DNA of 64,000 bases from positions 1-64,000 of the forward strand of contig JAQGDQ010000300.1 of assembly GCA_030141605.1 (NCBI GenBank). Direction: 5' to 3'. The notes beneath the pieces were generated by a model. That model was given only the letters and a program-made list of their open reading frames with translations. It made no database searches and was not told the DNA's origin. The position numbers and the translations under genes were made by a program. Origin of the DNA: Tubiluchus corallicola. Its lineage: Eukaryota > Animalia > Priapulida. This document shows positions 63,885 to 64,000 of this stretch, piece by piece; position 1 is the stretch's first letter, and the number at the start of each line of letters is the position of its first letter.

Positions 63885-64000
63885 ATGTGCTATATAATGG
63901 CGGCTCTACTAATTAGCGTCAAGCAGCATCAAGAGCGTCAAGTTACGAAGTTAGCTTCAAGAATTGCATCAAACCTCAGCAGCATCAAGGAAAAGTCTTT
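63885..64000 (+). CDS. Putative secreted precursor, next exon (open to window end)
   Basis: TTGCAG acceptor; MCYIMAALLISVKQHQERQVTKLASRIASNLSSIKEKS, no stop before the window edge. Confidence 0.45.
   Translation, partial: MCYIMAALLISVKQHQERQVTKLASRIASNLSSIKEKS

Overview
AT-rich, intron-containing animal genomic DNA (invertebrate bilaterian; the phylum cannot be fixed from sequence). It is rich in microsatellites, which explain most low-complexity ORFs in the track. Hand-splicing with GT-AG boundaries and consistent phases gives six gene models: (1) a D2-like dopamine receptor, 4 coding exons, + strand, 11315-20170, 566 aa; (2) a minimal 78-aa LITAF-domain protein, - strand, 29553-27800, with a perfect CLEAR-type E-box palindrome upstream; (3) an unknown ~250-aa Ser/Arg-rich protein, - strand, 36115-32921; (4) a 13-exon, ~1101-aa astacin metalloprotease (long pro-region, astacin, EGF, CUB, Ser/Thr-rich, TSP1-like), - strand, 52479-38807; (5) a 2-exon, ~1244-aa coiled-coil protein resembling FAM186A/B, + strand, 57967-62357; (6) the start of an unrecognised secreted precursor, + strand, from 62974 off the window end. 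Mobile DNA includes a probable right terminus of an AGT-type Polinton/Maverick (1-1621) fused to a (CTA)n tract, seven copies or fragments of a TTAA-flanked Kolobok-like non-autonomous element (one duplicated together with LITAF gene sequence), a Harbinger-type MITE, a fold-back MITE, LINE remnants and a tRNA-SINE. No prokaryotic-type system (CRISPR etc.) is present. All family assignments come from motif recognition, not from database searches.
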